DNA of 53,311 nucleotides from an uncultured bacterium (lineage in GTDB: Bacteria > Zixibacteria > MSB-5A5 > JAABVY01 > JAHJOQ01). Below the pieces are notes generated by a model. That model had not been told where the DNA came from and did no database searches. It saw nothing but the letters and a program-made list of their open reading frames with translations. Positions 1 to 9,975 of the stretch are shown here, piece by piece. Location of the stretch: positions 1 to 53,311 of the forward strand of contig CBDUQR010000018.1 of the NCBI GenBank assembly GCA_965369655.1, in the 5' to 3' direction. Each line of letters begins with the position of its first letter. The first letter of the stretch is position 1. Position numbers and translations under genes: made by a program.

Positions 1-99
1 TCAGGCGACGATGAAGGGGAGACTTATTTCTATCGCATCTATGTTTACGACCGATACGGCCTCTCGGGCACAGGATCGAACATCGTACCTGCGCCGTAG
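1..99 (+). CDS. 3' end of a truncated upstream gene, possibly a fibronectin type III-like C-terminus
   Basis: Frame 1 reads SGDDEGETYFYRIYVYDRYGLSGTGSNIVPAP*; the TYxYRxxxYD pattern resembles the last FN3 strands. Confidence 0.45.
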   Translation, partial: SGDDEGETYFYRIYVYDRYGLSGTGSNIVPAP

Positions 100-150
100 C
101 AGGTCTAAAAGAGGTTACAGACTTGGAATACCGAGTAGTCACTACACCGT

Positions 151-430
151 GCCGTCATTGCGAGCGACCGAAGGAAGCGTGGCAATCTTTTGCATACCAG
201 CCAGTTACCAGTGCGCGTCACCCCTGCGGAGGCCCTTCGCTGTGCTCAGGATATGACAGGGGTCCAGATAAATCCCTAGAGTTAGCAACATTGCGCGTTC
301 TGAGTCTGGTTCTGGATTCCCGTGATATCCTGAGCACAGCGAAGGGCCTCCGCAGGGGTGACGAATGCAGTACGCATGCAGGAGCAAAAACTGAGATCAC
401 CACGTCGCTGTCGCTCCTCGTGATGACGAC
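151..430. repeat. Inverted REP doublet (GTCATTGCGAG...GTGGCAATCT family) with a nested insert
   Basis: Arms 151-188 and ~387-430 match, in reverse orientation, the two arms of the doublet at 12751-12842. Confidence 0.75.
216..363. repeat. 53-bp-arm inverted repeat; both arms carry the 24-nt CCTTCG...CTCAGGA module
   Basis: 216-268 is nearly the exact reverse complement of 311-363. Confidence 0.9.
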
Positions 431-494
431 AATACAGACCCGCGCCCAAATGGGTTTTCAACAAGCTTCATAGCGCAGGTTTGAGGGGAGACTG

Positions 495-1322
495 TTGGAG
501 AAATTCAACTTCATCATAGGTTCGTACCTTGGGACCATCAAGGCAATGTTTTCTCCGAGGCTCTGGTTTCCGTTTTTCCTGTTCGCTCTGATATCGCTCG
601 GCATCGCGTGGCTCCTGATCAATCCGTTCATGCCGGTACTCGGTCCGGCGATCTCGAGCGTGTCGAAGATGATAACCGGAACGGATGCGACCGCGCACTA
701 TCCGAGCATCTATGTCTTTCTTCCAATGACATACGGCTGGGTGACGCTGGTTGCGTCGGTGTTGATTGAGGCTCTGCTGATAGCCACAGGCTTCCTGCTG
801 TTCTCCGGGCATTACAAGCATGAAAGAGTCGGAATCGGTGCCGCTTTCAGTGGTGCTTCCGGGAAGTATTTGCAGGTCGTCACGGTCTGGCTTTTTTATA
901 CACTGGTATTTCTTGCGATGACTCACTTCCTGCCCAAGTTGTTCGATTCGCTCATTGGCGGGTCGCCTCGTCGCACGCTCGCGTTCCATATTCTGCTTCG
1001 ATTCGTCGGTGCAGGAATACTGGCGATGTTCATGTTTGTGGTTCCGTATGTCGTGCTCGACTCGCTGAAGTTCAAGACGGCTGTAGCCAGATCAATTCGA
1101 ACTTTCTTCAGGAATCCCGTATCTTCGTATATTCTGGCACTTGTGCCGTTTCTTCTGGTCCTCCCGTTTACTTTGGCGCTGTTTGATCCGTTGACAATAG
1201 TAAGAAAGTTCTCGCCTGAACTCATATTCTATCTTATTTCAGGACAGATCGTCGTCTCAATGATCGCAAACTTCGTGTTTACCTCCACTGTACTGCGGTT
1301 TCACCTGGAATACGCTGAATAG
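495..1322 (+). CDS. Hypothetical polytopic membrane protein
   Basis: 275 aa with about 6 hydrophobic segments; GAGGGGAG RBS before a TTG start; ends 8 nt before prsK. Confidence 0.75.
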   Translation: MEKFNFIIGSYLGTIKAMFSPRLWFPFFLFALISLGIAWLLINPFMPVLGPAISSVSKMITGTDATAHYPSIYVFLPMTYGWVTLVASVLIEALLIATGFLLFSGHYKHERVGIGAAFSGASGKYLQVVTVWLFYTLVFLAMTHFLPKLFDSLIGGSPRRTLAFHILLRFVGAGILAMFMFVVPYVVLDSLKFKTAVARSIRTFFRNPVSSYILALVPFLLVLPFTLALFDPLTIVRKFSPELIFYLISGQIVVSMIANFVFTSTVLRFHLEYAE

Positions 1323-1330
1323 ACTGCACC

Positions 1331-3439
1331 ATGTCCCACTGGGAGAACATTCTGTTTTGGGTGGCTGGTACGGTCGCTCTGCTGTCCGGGCTTGTGCCCC
1401 TTGCTGCAAAACATGGTCGCATTCCGAGGCTGACGTTCCTTGTAATATCTCTGAGTTCGGCGGGATGTTTCATGCTCTTTCCGCATTATGTCAATTCGGG
1501 CGGTGATCGGTTTTTCTACAACCTGATAGCACCCGGAGCGATTCTGATTCCCCTGCTCTGGCTCATATTCTCGCTCTCATTCGCCAGAGAGAATTATCGC
1601 ATCTATTACCGGAGTTGGCGATGGTGGCTGCTCTCAGCCTTGCTGATTTGCTCCGCGTTTTGCGCGATGTCATTCGGCAATCCACTCGCGAGCATCGAGA
1701 TCAGCGATTCGGGCTCGCACCAGATAGAAATTTCCGCGGTCGGCAAATGGTTCTCGATAGTCGTATTGTTGATATCGTCGTTTGCCCTGATAAATATCGA
1801 GAGCACCTACAGGGCGGCTACCGGGGTGTATCGCCGGCGTCTCAGAGCGCCGTTCGTTGTCACAGCAGTCTTCTTCGCCGCCATCATATTCTCGTTTTCA
1901 GGAGCGATTCTCAAGGATCAACTCGGCATCTGGCACGCGGAGATGCACGCCGCGATCGCGTTGTTCCTGTTCCCGATTGTCGCCGCATATCTGAAATCAT
2001 ACCAGCTCCAGAAATCGGGAGTATTCGTTCGCGGGCAGGCCGTCTACTCATCCGTTGGAATTATCCTGATCGGCCTTTACCTGATAATCGTGGGTGGACT
2101 CGGCAAGGTGCTGTTGCTGATAGGATCGGACATCAAGGTATTCTACTCGATTCTTGCGGCGTTCCTTGTGATCGTGCTTTTCATGGCGGTACTGCTCTCC
2201 AGTTCGCTGAAGCGAAGGTTCAGGCGTTATCTCGATGCGTCCGTTTATCCCGATGCCCCGGCGGACTACCAGGAGGACTTAACGGCATTCTCAGAAGATA
2301 TATCCAGGACACTTGATGCAGGCGAGCTGATCGATACGCTCTCCTCGTTGATGAGGGAGCGGCTGCATGTGAATAAGCTCTGGCTTTTCCTCGAACATGC
2401 TCATCTCCCTGTCTTTACGCTGGTCTACCCGGCGTCAGAACAGAGCGCGACGCAGATTGACAAGGATTCATTTTTCGCCGACTGGGTATTCAGGCATGGC
2501 GAGGCGATAGATATGACTGACCTTTCCGACCGTCTGAGCGCGGCTGGAGAGTCGTTTCCACCGAAAGATTTCCCGGTCACATCCGAGGGGTCCGTCTGCA
2601 TGCCGCTCATTGCCAAATGCAACGTAGTCGGAATCCTGTTCTTCGAGCGCAAAAGCAACGCCGCCGTTCTCGGTCACAAAGAGATTCAGTTTATCAGCGC
2701 CGTCGGCAGCCAGTTCGCATTGGCGGCTCTCTCGGCGCGGTTGTCCGAAGAGCTTCTGGCAGCAAGACAGATAGAATCGTTCCACAAGTTCTCGGCATTC
2801 ATCATGCACGACCTGAAAAACTCAATCTCAATGCTTTCTATGCTGATGCAGAATTTCAGGAAAAATGTCGGCAACCCTGAATTTCAGGAGTCAGCGTTTG
2901 TCACCATACAGGGAGCGGTCGGCAGGATGCAGTCCATCATTTCGAAGTTGACAAGCACAAACCAGTTGTCCGAGCCGACACTTATCGATTGCAATCTCGC
3001 AGATTTGATTGCTAATTTGAAGGAGAAACTCGGGATCGAGCAACTCCACGGCATACGCTACAGCGAGAGCATAGAAAAGATTGCGAACGCGAGGGTGGAT
3101 CGGGAGCAGCTTGCGAGCATCGTCGAGAACCTGATCGTCAATGCGGTCGAAGCAATGCCGCAGGGTGGCGATCTTGGCCTGGCGCTGACAGAGACGAATG
3201 AACACGTAGTCATAGAAGTGTCGGACACCGGGACCGGGATGGATCAGGAATTCATAAACAGGAGGCTTTTCCGTCCATTCGAGACGACGAAAAACAAAGG
3301 ACTCGGCATTGGACTCTACCAGTCGCGGGACCTGCTCGAAAGGATGGGGGGAGCTTTCAAGGTCTTCTCGAAGCTCGGGGAGGGCACTCTGTTCCAGGTA
3401 TTGCTGCCGAAGTCCGATAGACGCGACAAAAAGGAATGA
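1331..3439 (+). CDS. prsK: PEP-CTERM/XrtA system-type sensor histidine kinase (TM-GAF-HATPase)
   Basis: Multi-TM N-terminus, GAF region, H-box ARQIESFHKFSAFIMHDLKN typical of PrsK, N/G1/F/G2 boxes. Confidence 0.8.
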   Translation: MSHWENILFWVAGTVALLSGLVPLAAKHGRIPRLTFLVISLSSAGCFMLFPHYVNSGGDRFFYNLIAPGAILIPLLWLIFSLSFARENYRIYYRSWRWWLLSALLICSAFCAMSFGNPLASIEISDSGSHQIEISAVGKWFSIVVLLISSFALINIESTYRAATGVYRRRLRAPFVVTAVFFAAIIFSFSGAILKDQLGIWHAEMHAAIALFLFPIVAAYLKSYQLQKSGVFVRGQAVYSSVGIILIGLYLIIVGGLGKVLLLIGSDIKVFYSILAAFLVIVLFMAVLLSSSLKRRFRRYLDASVYPDAPADYQEDLTAFSEDISRTLDAGELIDTLSSLMRERLHVNKLWLFLEHAHLPVFTLVYPASEQSATQIDKDSFFADWVFRHGEAIDMTDLSDRLSAAGESFPPKDFPVTSEGSVCMPLIAKCNVVGILFFERKSNAAVLGHKEIQFISAVGSQFALAALSARLSEELLAARQIESFHKFSAFIMHDLKNSISMLSMLMQNFRKNVGNPEFQESAFVTIQGAVGRMQSIISKLTSTNQLSEPTLIDCNLADLIANLKEKLGIEQLHGIRYSESIEKIANARVDREQLASIVENLIVNAVEAMPQGGDLGLALTETNEHVVIEVSDTGTGMDQEFINRRLFRPFETTKNKGLGIGLYQSRDLLERMGGAFKVFSKLGEGTLFQVLLPKSDRRDKKE

Positions 3440-4791
3440 CCGGAGCAATGTTGAAAATACTGATTGTTGATGACGAAGAGGGCATCAGGTCGCAACTCAA
3501 ATGGGCACTGGCGGATGAGTACGAGGTGCTGGAGGCCGCTGACGCGCGAACTGCGATCCAGATCATCAGGGATGAACGCCCCGATCTCGCCACGATTGAT
3601 ATTGCACTTTCTTCGATTGGCGAAGACACGCATGGCCTCGATCTGCTTGTCGACGCACTCGAAATCAATCCGGACATGAAAATCGTCATGGTGACAGGCA
3701 ACGAAGAAAAAGAGACCGCTCTGAAGGCGATCGAAGCCGGAGCGCATGACTACTTCCAGAAACCTGTCGATCTTGACGAGTTGAAGATTATAGTCAGGAG
3801 AGCGCTGTACATCAAACGTCTTGAACTGACAAATCGGGAACTGCAATCGCGAGTTGCTGGCGACGGTTTCCACGAAATGATCGGGTCGTCGCAGATTATG
3901 CTCGATGTGTTCAAGAAAATCAGGACCATCGCCGGATCGGATTACACCGTGCTCATATCCGGCGAATCCGGGACAGGCAAGGAACTTGTGGCAAAGGCTC
4001 TGCACGAGCAGTCGCCCCGGAGCGATAAGGCGATGATTACCATCAACTGTGGCGCGATCCCGGAGGCGCTTCTCGAATCGGAGTTGTTCGGTCACGAGAA
4101 AGGCGCGTTCACCGACGCTGTCTCGCAGAAGATCGGCAAGTTCGAGATGGCGGACGGAGGCACTCTGTTCCTCGACGAGATCGGCGAACTCTCGCTGATG
4201 CTGCAGGTGAAACTCCTGCGGTTTCTCCAGGACCGGACAATCGAGAGGATCGGAGGGACTTCGCAGATCAAACTGAATGTACGAATTCTCGCTGCAACAA
4301 ACCGCGACCTGACCGAGGAAGTCGCCGAGCGGCGGTTCCGCGAAGACTTGTTCTACCGGCTCTCAGTGATCAATATAGAGTTGCCTCCGCTCAGGGACAG
4401 GGGAGACGACGTCATCATTCTCGCAAATTATTTCCTCGATAGGTTCTCCGCGGAAAGCAACCGAGTCGGCTGCAGCTTCGACAGCAGATCGATTTCCCGC
4501 ATGAGATCGCACGACTGGCCGGGCAATGTGCGCGAACTCGAAAACAGGATCAAGAGAGCCGTAATCCTCTCGGAGGGGCGAAAAATAGCTCCGCTCGCTC
4601 TCGGATTCGACTCCGACTCCCGTACGGCGAGAAAGTCGCTTGCCAAGCTCAGGGAAGATGTGGAAAGCAGCCACATACGAGAAACGCTCGCCAGACACAA
4701 CTGGAATGTCACTCGCTCCGCCGCCGAACTGGGCGTTTCCAGAACAACTCTGTACGATCTCCTTGAAAAATACGGCATCGAGCGCGGTTAA
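3436..4791 (+). CDS. prsR: PEP-CTERM-box-type sigma-54-dependent response regulator
   Basis: Receiver (LIVDDEEGIRSQLKW), GESGTGKE, ESELFGHEKGAFTDA, WPGNVREL, Fis-type HTH; ATGA overlap with prsK. Confidence 0.8.
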   Translation: MTGAMLKILIVDDEEGIRSQLKWALADEYEVLEAADARTAIQIIRDERPDLATIDIALSSIGEDTHGLDLLVDALEINPDMKIVMVTGNEEKETALKAIEAGAHDYFQKPVDLDELKIIVRRALYIKRLELTNRELQSRVAGDGFHEMIGSSQIMLDVFKKIRTIAGSDYTVLISGESGTGKELVAKALHEQSPRSDKAMITINCGAIPEALLESELFGHEKGAFTDAVSQKIGKFEMADGGTLFLDEIGELSLMLQVKLLRFLQDRTIERIGGTSQIKLNVRILAATNRDLTEEVAERRFREDLFYRLSVINIELPPLRDRGDDVIILANYFLDRFSAESNRVGCSFDSRSISRMRSHDWPGNVRELENRIKRAVILSEGRKIAPLALGFDSDSRTARKSLAKLREDVESSHIRETLARHNWNVTRSAAELGVSRTTLYDLLEKYGIERG

Positions 4792-4963
4792 TTCCAGTCG
4801 AAGTGATCGCCTCCCGCGTCGACAATATCATCCAGTATCTCTGACTCGATCCGGCTGAACTGCGCAGCAATCGCACATAAGATCACATTTTCAGCAGCCC
4901 GTTCTAAACCATAGCAGTTTGCAGCCGATTAGATAATAAGAGATTTGGAGGTATTCCGGGCAT

Positions 4964-6388
4964 ATGAAAAACATCCTTCTGGTCGATGACGATGTCCGGA
5001 TCGGGGAGACGCTCGCAGAGCTTTTCGATCCGACCGAGTACAAATTTCATTATACCGCCGATGGCGAGAACACGATCGACATGATCGATTCGACAAATGC
5101 CGATCTGGTGCTTCTCGACGTCAATCTTCCATCGATTTCCGGGATCGATGTCCTTCGCGAGATCAAGTCCAACAATATCGACGTACCCGTGATAGTCATA
5201 TCCGGTTATGTCTCGACCGAGAATGCGATCAAGGCAATGCGCGAAGGCGCGTATGAATATGTAACGAAACCGTTCCAGATGGAACGCCTGCTGATGACAA
5301 TCGCAAAAGCCGTAGGGAGCAGGCCGACGAATGGCACGACCGCCAGGACTATCAAGGAGAGCGCCGGACTGCACGAGGACGAGATCATCGGCAAGAGTCC
5401 CGAGATAGTGGAAATTGCCAAGCTCATCGGTCAGGTAGCGCAGTCGGACGCCTCGGTGTTAATTTTCGGTGAGTCGGGAACGGGCAAAGAACTTGTCGCT
5501 CGCGCGATACACAGGAATTCAAATCGACGCGACCAGGCGTTTCTCTCCGTCAACTGCGCGGCGCTTCCCGACGCTCTTCTGGAATCGGAGCTCTTCGGTC
5601 ACGAGAAGGGATCTTTCACAGGAGCTCATGCTCGCAAGCTTGGCAAGTTCGAGTTGGCTCATGACGGCACTCTGTTCCTCGACGAGGTCGCGGACATGTC
5701 GCTGACTACGCAATCGAAACTCCTGAGAGTTCTGCAGGAACAGACATTCGAACGAGTCGGAGGTGAGGAAACGCTGAAGGTCGACGTGCGCGTGCTTGCC
5801 GCCACAAACAGATCACTCGTGACGGCGATAAAGGAGAACAGGTTCAGAGTTGACCTCTTCTATCGACTGAAAGTCGTTTCAGTATACCTGCCGGCGCTGA
5901 GAGAGAGGCGTTCGGACATTCCGTTGCTTGTGGACCATTTCATGAACATGTACTCGAACCTCTCCGGCAAAAATATTCAGGGTGTTTCAAAAGATGCGAT
6001 GCAAATCCTGATGAATCATCACTGGCCGGGAAACGTTCGGGAACTCGAAAACAATGTCCACACCGCCGTGGTGATGACCAAGAATGAATTCCTCCAGTCG
6101 GAAGATTTCCCGATCACATCCGACGGCAGCGAGCAGATACAGGTAGATTTCGACGCCATCAGGGATGATTATGCTCGCATGTTCGATGATCTTCTCGAAC
6201 CGATTTTCGACAGGATTCTGAACGTGTCGGCGAGGCAGGTCTTTTACCATCTGCAGGCCGGTCTGGAACGATCTATGATTAAGAAGACACTGGCGCGCCT
6301 GAACTCGAATCAGGTCAAGACCGCTCAGATTCTTGGCATTTCGCGTAATACGCTCCGCGACAGAATGCAGAAATACGAGATTTTCTGA
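4964..6388 (+). CDS. NtrC/AtoC-family sigma-54-dependent response regulator
   Basis: Receiver, GESGTGKE, GSFTGA, WPGNVREL, C-terminal HTH (LGISRNTL). Confidence 0.92.
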   Translation: MKNILLVDDDVRIGETLAELFDPTEYKFHYTADGENTIDMIDSTNADLVLLDVNLPSISGIDVLREIKSNNIDVPVIVISGYVSTENAIKAMREGAYEYVTKPFQMERLLMTIAKAVGSRPTNGTTARTIKESAGLHEDEIIGKSPEIVEIAKLIGQVAQSDASVLIFGESGTGKELVARAIHRNSNRRDQAFLSVNCAALPDALLESELFGHEKGSFTGAHARKLGKFELAHDGTLFLDEVADMSLTTQSKLLRVLQEQTFERVGGEETLKVDVRVLAATNRSLVTAIKENRFRVDLFYRLKVVSVYLPALRERRSDIPLLVDHFMNMYSNLSGKNIQGVSKDAMQILMNHHWPGNVRELENNVHTAVVMTKNEFLQSEDFPITSDGSEQIQVDFDAIRDDYARMFDDLLEPIFDRILNVSARQVFYHLQAGLERSMIKKTLARLNSNQVKTAQILGISRNTLRDRMQKYEIF

Positions 6389-6483
6389 TACCGCTCAGAC
6401 CAGCTTGCCGGAAGCTGTCATTGCGAGCAACCTTCGGCGGACGCAAGAACAGCCGGAACGGATGCTTTTGGGGCAGATGTGGA

Positions 6484-6682
6484 GAGGTTGTCCCATAAGG
6501 TTTGACAGGTTGGTGTTCATGCTTGCGAAAGAAAGCGAGGTCATTCCCGCGCAGTCCCTTCGCTGTGCTCAGGATATCACGGGAATCTATTGAATGCGTA
6601 ATCGTTAAATAGGCTCCCGCCTCCGCGGGAGCGACAGAGTCAGCTTCCCGCTCAAGTTCATTGGCACTTATGGGACAACCTC
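6484..6682. mobile_element. 199-bp MITE, copy 1
   Basis: Perfect 16-bp TIR GAGGTTGTCCCATAAG...CTTATGGGACAACCTC; non-coding; similar copies at 28624 and 35781. Confidence 0.85.
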
Positions 6683-6847
6683 AGGACGTCTGCCGCCCAC
6701 AAGTCTTAAGGCTGTCTCACTTCGGCAAAAGTCCATCCATCAAATCGCAATCTCCGACAGGGGAGAGGCATGATCTGCTTCAACGACAAGCGCGGAGAAA
6801 ACTGATGTTTCCTCCGCGACTTGACGAGCAGTGTGGAAAGAGGGGAA

Positions 6848-8479
6848 TTAATTCTCCGCGATTATCTCCCGCCAGGATGTTTTCTGGAATACCGAAATCA
6901 ACGGCGTGCCGGGTGGAAGGTTGTTTGGATCGAGCAAATCGGTATCGAACGCCCAGTTTCTGTTTGGTGCAGTATAGTAGCTGCCGTAAGACCAGCGATA
7001 TGTTGCCTCCTGGGACAGCCAAAGATCGACGGCTGAACCAGTCCAGTTGAAATCAACATTCGTCCATTGTTCGAGGAACCTCGGCAGGTTCTCGAAGCCG
7101 CCGTTATATGCTGAACCACCTTCACCTGTATTCTGATTGCCTGTCATGTAGCTGCAATTGACTGTCGTCTCGGAAGCTGTCCTACTGCTGAGCGCCTGGT
7201 CGCTCTGGGTGTCATCCCAACTATTTGACAGGATCGTCAGGGCATCGGTCATGATAGCAGAGGGCTTCTTGTCGACAGTGTTGTAGTCACCCTGAATGTA
7301 AATAGAATTCTCTGAACAAAGAGTGAAACCGCGACCAAGATCACTTGCGCTTGTCAATCTCGTGGCAGGCAGGTTTCCGCCTGACGAGTTCGACGTATAC
7401 ATGATGCCATTCGTCGGGAAGTACGGCGAATCCTTGAAGATGCTCATGTCAATGTCCCAGCTATCGACCCACTGCTGCTGATGGGCATCATAAAAAGTGG
7501 TCGCGGTTAGCGAACCTTCCGTCTGCAGATCAGCAGTCACATCGATCCAGTTGTCCTCCGACAGCTGGTATATGGCAACGCCATCCGTGATCTTGAGATC
7601 TGCTTTGTTCTCATACGAATCCTGGGGTGCATCAGCGGCTGTAGCGATCATGTCTTCCGGCACACCAGTAGAAACCACCGGTAGATTGAGTTCGGTTACT
7701 CCGTGTTCTTTGTCCTCGACCATTCCGGCCCAGCGAGAAATCGATTCGGCAACCCAGTCTGGATCGTTTGAGTCGAGCCAGGAGCCGTCTTTGTACATGT
7801 CCTGATAGACGCCGTTTCTATCCATGATCTGGACATCACCGCTTGTTGTGCTTGCGCCAGACCCGGGTTTCGGGCCGTGAATGATATTACCGGCGGCTGT
7901 CGTGTATGAATCGATCTGCAGGCTGTTGCCGGACTGAAGATACAAGTCTGCGTTTGTGTGGACCCTGCCGCCGAGAGTCATCGGTGGTCCGGGCGCGATT
8001 TCGAGGTCGTCTTCATAAAAGATAGCGAACTGAAACAGCGGCACAAGATCAGACTCGACAACCTGCTGAAGCGTAGCTGCCGTCTCGGTGCCGCTACCAG
8101 TTGCCGTAGCGGTTATTTCGTATTCCGTAGCGAGCGCATATAAACCCTTGTAAGCGCCGTTGATGAGGTTCTTCTGCGTGGCAGGACCGAGCGACTGAGT
8201 CTGGTAGACGACAGTGTAATTCCCGAGCGTCATCGTGCCGGAGGGGAGAGGGCTGGGTGGAGAAGCAGTCGACTTATAGGATGCCTCCAACTCTGCTGAG
8301 GCCTTCTCCAGCGCAGCCTCCGCCGCATAGAATGAATTCAGGTAGTTGTACTCGTTTCCGGCGATATCGACTTCCATGCTGGTTGTCATCACCGAGTTGA
8401 TGCCGATGAGCGTCAGCATAAGAAGCAACGCGAGGAACAGCATCAGCGTGAAACCGCTTTCTGATCTGAGTCTATTCAT
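6848..8479 (-). CDS. pilX: PilX-like type IV pilus assembly protein with a large C-terminal domain
   Basis: Prepilin-like GFTLMLFLALL lacking Glu5, hydrophobic helix, SFYAAEAALE motif; start moved to ATG 8479 after a GAGGTG RBS. Confidence 0.75.
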   Translation of the reverse strand: MNRLRSESGFTLMLFLALLLMLTLIGINSVMTTSMEVDIAGNEYNYLNSFYAAEAALEKASAELEASYKSTASPPSPLPSGTMTLGNYTVVYQTQSLGPATQKNLINGAYKGLYALATEYEITATATGSGTETAATLQQVVESDLVPLFQFAIFYEDDLEIAPGPPMTLGGRVHTNADLYLQSGNSLQIDSYTTAAGNIIHGPKPGSGASTTSGDVQIMDRNGVYQDMYKDGSWLDSNDPDWVAESISRWAGMVEDKEHGVTELNLPVVSTGVPEDMIATAADAPQDSYENKADLKITDGVAIYQLSEDNWIDVTADLQTEGSLTATTFYDAHQQQWVDSWDIDMSIFKDSPYFPTNGIMYTSNSSGGNLPATRLTSASDLGRGFTLCSENSIYIQGDYNTVDKKPSAIMTDALTILSNSWDDTQSDQALSSRTASETTVNCSYMTGNQNTGEGGSAYNGGFENLPRFLEQWTNVDFNWTGSAVDLWLSQEATYRWSYGSYYTAPNRNWAFDTDLLDPNNLPPGTPLISVFQKTSWREIIAEN

Positions 8480-8497
8480 AGAACACCTCACCATTTG

Positions 8498-9322
8498 TCA
8501 AAACCCCAGATTCCTGACCTGCACGCTCGTGGTAAGCGTGTCGTATCGATGTTCATCGGCCATGAGATCTTTTTTCTTCGTACGAGCTACTAAGTCTATG
8601 TTGATCTGCCGCACATAGCTGGACATGTTGATCGTATCCAGCACCGAACCGTCAGCCATGACATATCGAATCTGCATATCTGAGATATTGTCGGCATAAA
8701 TATCTGCCGGGAAATCGAATTCCTGTCGCATCAGGCGCGGATGGAGCGTGTCGGACCAGTTATCGATGAAATAGCGATATAAATCGAATGTATACAGTTC
8801 ACTGCCCGCAGGGTATACCTTCGACAGTGGCATTGTATTGTGCTGGATGTGCATGGCAGCTCCCTGCACATGAGTAATGAGAAAGAACTCGCCCTCATCA
8901 GCGAATGGATCATAGATGTAACACCATTGACCGTCCCAGAAACATGAGAGATCGCTGCCTACGCATTTGAGCTCGGCAGATGGCAGAGGCATCGGACTAG
9001 ATAGAGATGCCGTACAAACCGGCTCGTGCAGAAAAACCAGCGTGATTGAGTCTGGAATAGAACTGCCGACTGTTTTGGAGGAAATGATCGCCTCCATTCC
9101 CGGGAATGTTTTGTAGCCGGCCATACGAGATTTCTCTGCGATTTCATCGACCCCCGCTCGGCCATTCTGCTGCTGATCTGTCAGGTTCTCCTGCATCAGC
9201 CAGCTCTTGTGCTGATGAACATAAAGCTCAACAGCCGCAGCAGTTGTGATAACCCCGATAATGGAGGCGATGAGTAACTCCACAAGGGTGACACCCGCGT
9301 TTCTTTTTATCCGATTGAACAT
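8498..9322 (-). CDS. pilW: PilW-like minor pilin
   Basis: N-terminal cleavage/methylation motif AG|VTLVELLIA; QQNGRAGVD helix. Confidence 0.75.
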   Translation of the reverse strand: MFNRIKRNAGVTLVELLIASIIGVITTAAAVELYVHQHKSWLMQENLTDQQQNGRAGVDEIAEKSRMAGYKTFPGMEAIISSKTVGSSIPDSITLVFLHEPVCTASLSSPMPLPSAELKCVGSDLSCFWDGQWCYIYDPFADEGEFFLITHVQGAAMHIQHNTMPLSKVYPAGSELYTFDLYRYFIDNWSDTLHPRLMRQEFDFPADIYADNISDMQIRYVMADGSVLDTINMSSYVRQINIDLVARTKKKDLMADEHRYDTLTTSVQVRNLGF

Positions 9323-9341
9323 ATCAAATCCTCCGGCAGCG

Positions 9342-9728
9342 TTACTTCGGATGTATCATTGTATGAGTAGTGCAGGCGTAGACGCGGCTCTCCGCATCCT
9401 GCCATTTGACGGCCACCTCGACATTGTATAGATTGGGGGTGCCAAGAGCGCCGCCAACCCTCCAGGAACGAGTGAAGCCGTCTATCACATCCTCGCCCGA
9501 GTTCAGATTCGCGACAGGCGTATTCTTGAGTTGTTCGATTTTCTCCCTGATCATCTGGGCCGAGATCGTCGTTTTCTCAGACCAGCTATTGCTCTCTAAC
9601 GATACCACAATCATCGACAGCAGAAGCATCATGCCCAAAGCGAAAATGACCAACCCAATCATTACCTCGAGCAGGCTAAATCCCACCCGGCTCGAAACCT
9701 TCCGACGAACTCTCTGTAATATCCTCAT
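9342..9728 (-). CDS. pilV: PilV-like minor pilin
   Basis: G|FSLLEVMIGLVI prepilin motif; about 128 aa; V-W-X gene order. Confidence 0.75.
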   Translation of the reverse strand: MRILQRVRRKVSSRVGFSLLEVMIGLVIFALGMMLLLSMIVVSLESNSWSEKTTISAQMIREKIEQLKNTPVANLNSGEDVIDGFTRSWRVGGALGTPNLYNVEVAVKWQDAESRVYACTTHTMIHPK

Positions 9729-9766
9729 ATACAAAACCTCATGCTGGTATTCTGACAGCGATTCAA

Positions 9767-9782
9767 TGCAAAACAGGTACCA
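9767..9782 (-). promoter_or_regulatory. Sigma-54 (-24/-12) promoter of pilVWX
   Basis: Minus strand TGGTACCTGTTTTGCA = GG-N10-GC, close to TGGCAC-N5-TTGC, about 40 nt upstream of pilV. Confidence 0.75.
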
Positions 9783-9975
9783 CAGCAGTCACAAATCCTG
9801 AACAGCCACCTATGTTGTTGTCAGTCAGGCTGTTTAGGTACGGAATCGACTGCGCTCAGCACAATCTCATCCATCGAGGGACGTTTCGTTATGGGATCAC
9901 ACCTATACCTACAGGATTCTGAGAGAAAGGGGGGAGGACCTTGCATTCCCAAGTCGGGGTCGAGACAGCTCCAGA

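Noticed and set aside
11-473. Short ORFs containing RRPFAVLRI-like peptides (also near 6333, 28605-29052 and 35878)
   Set aside because: They are translations of the palindromic repeats and MITEs, not genes
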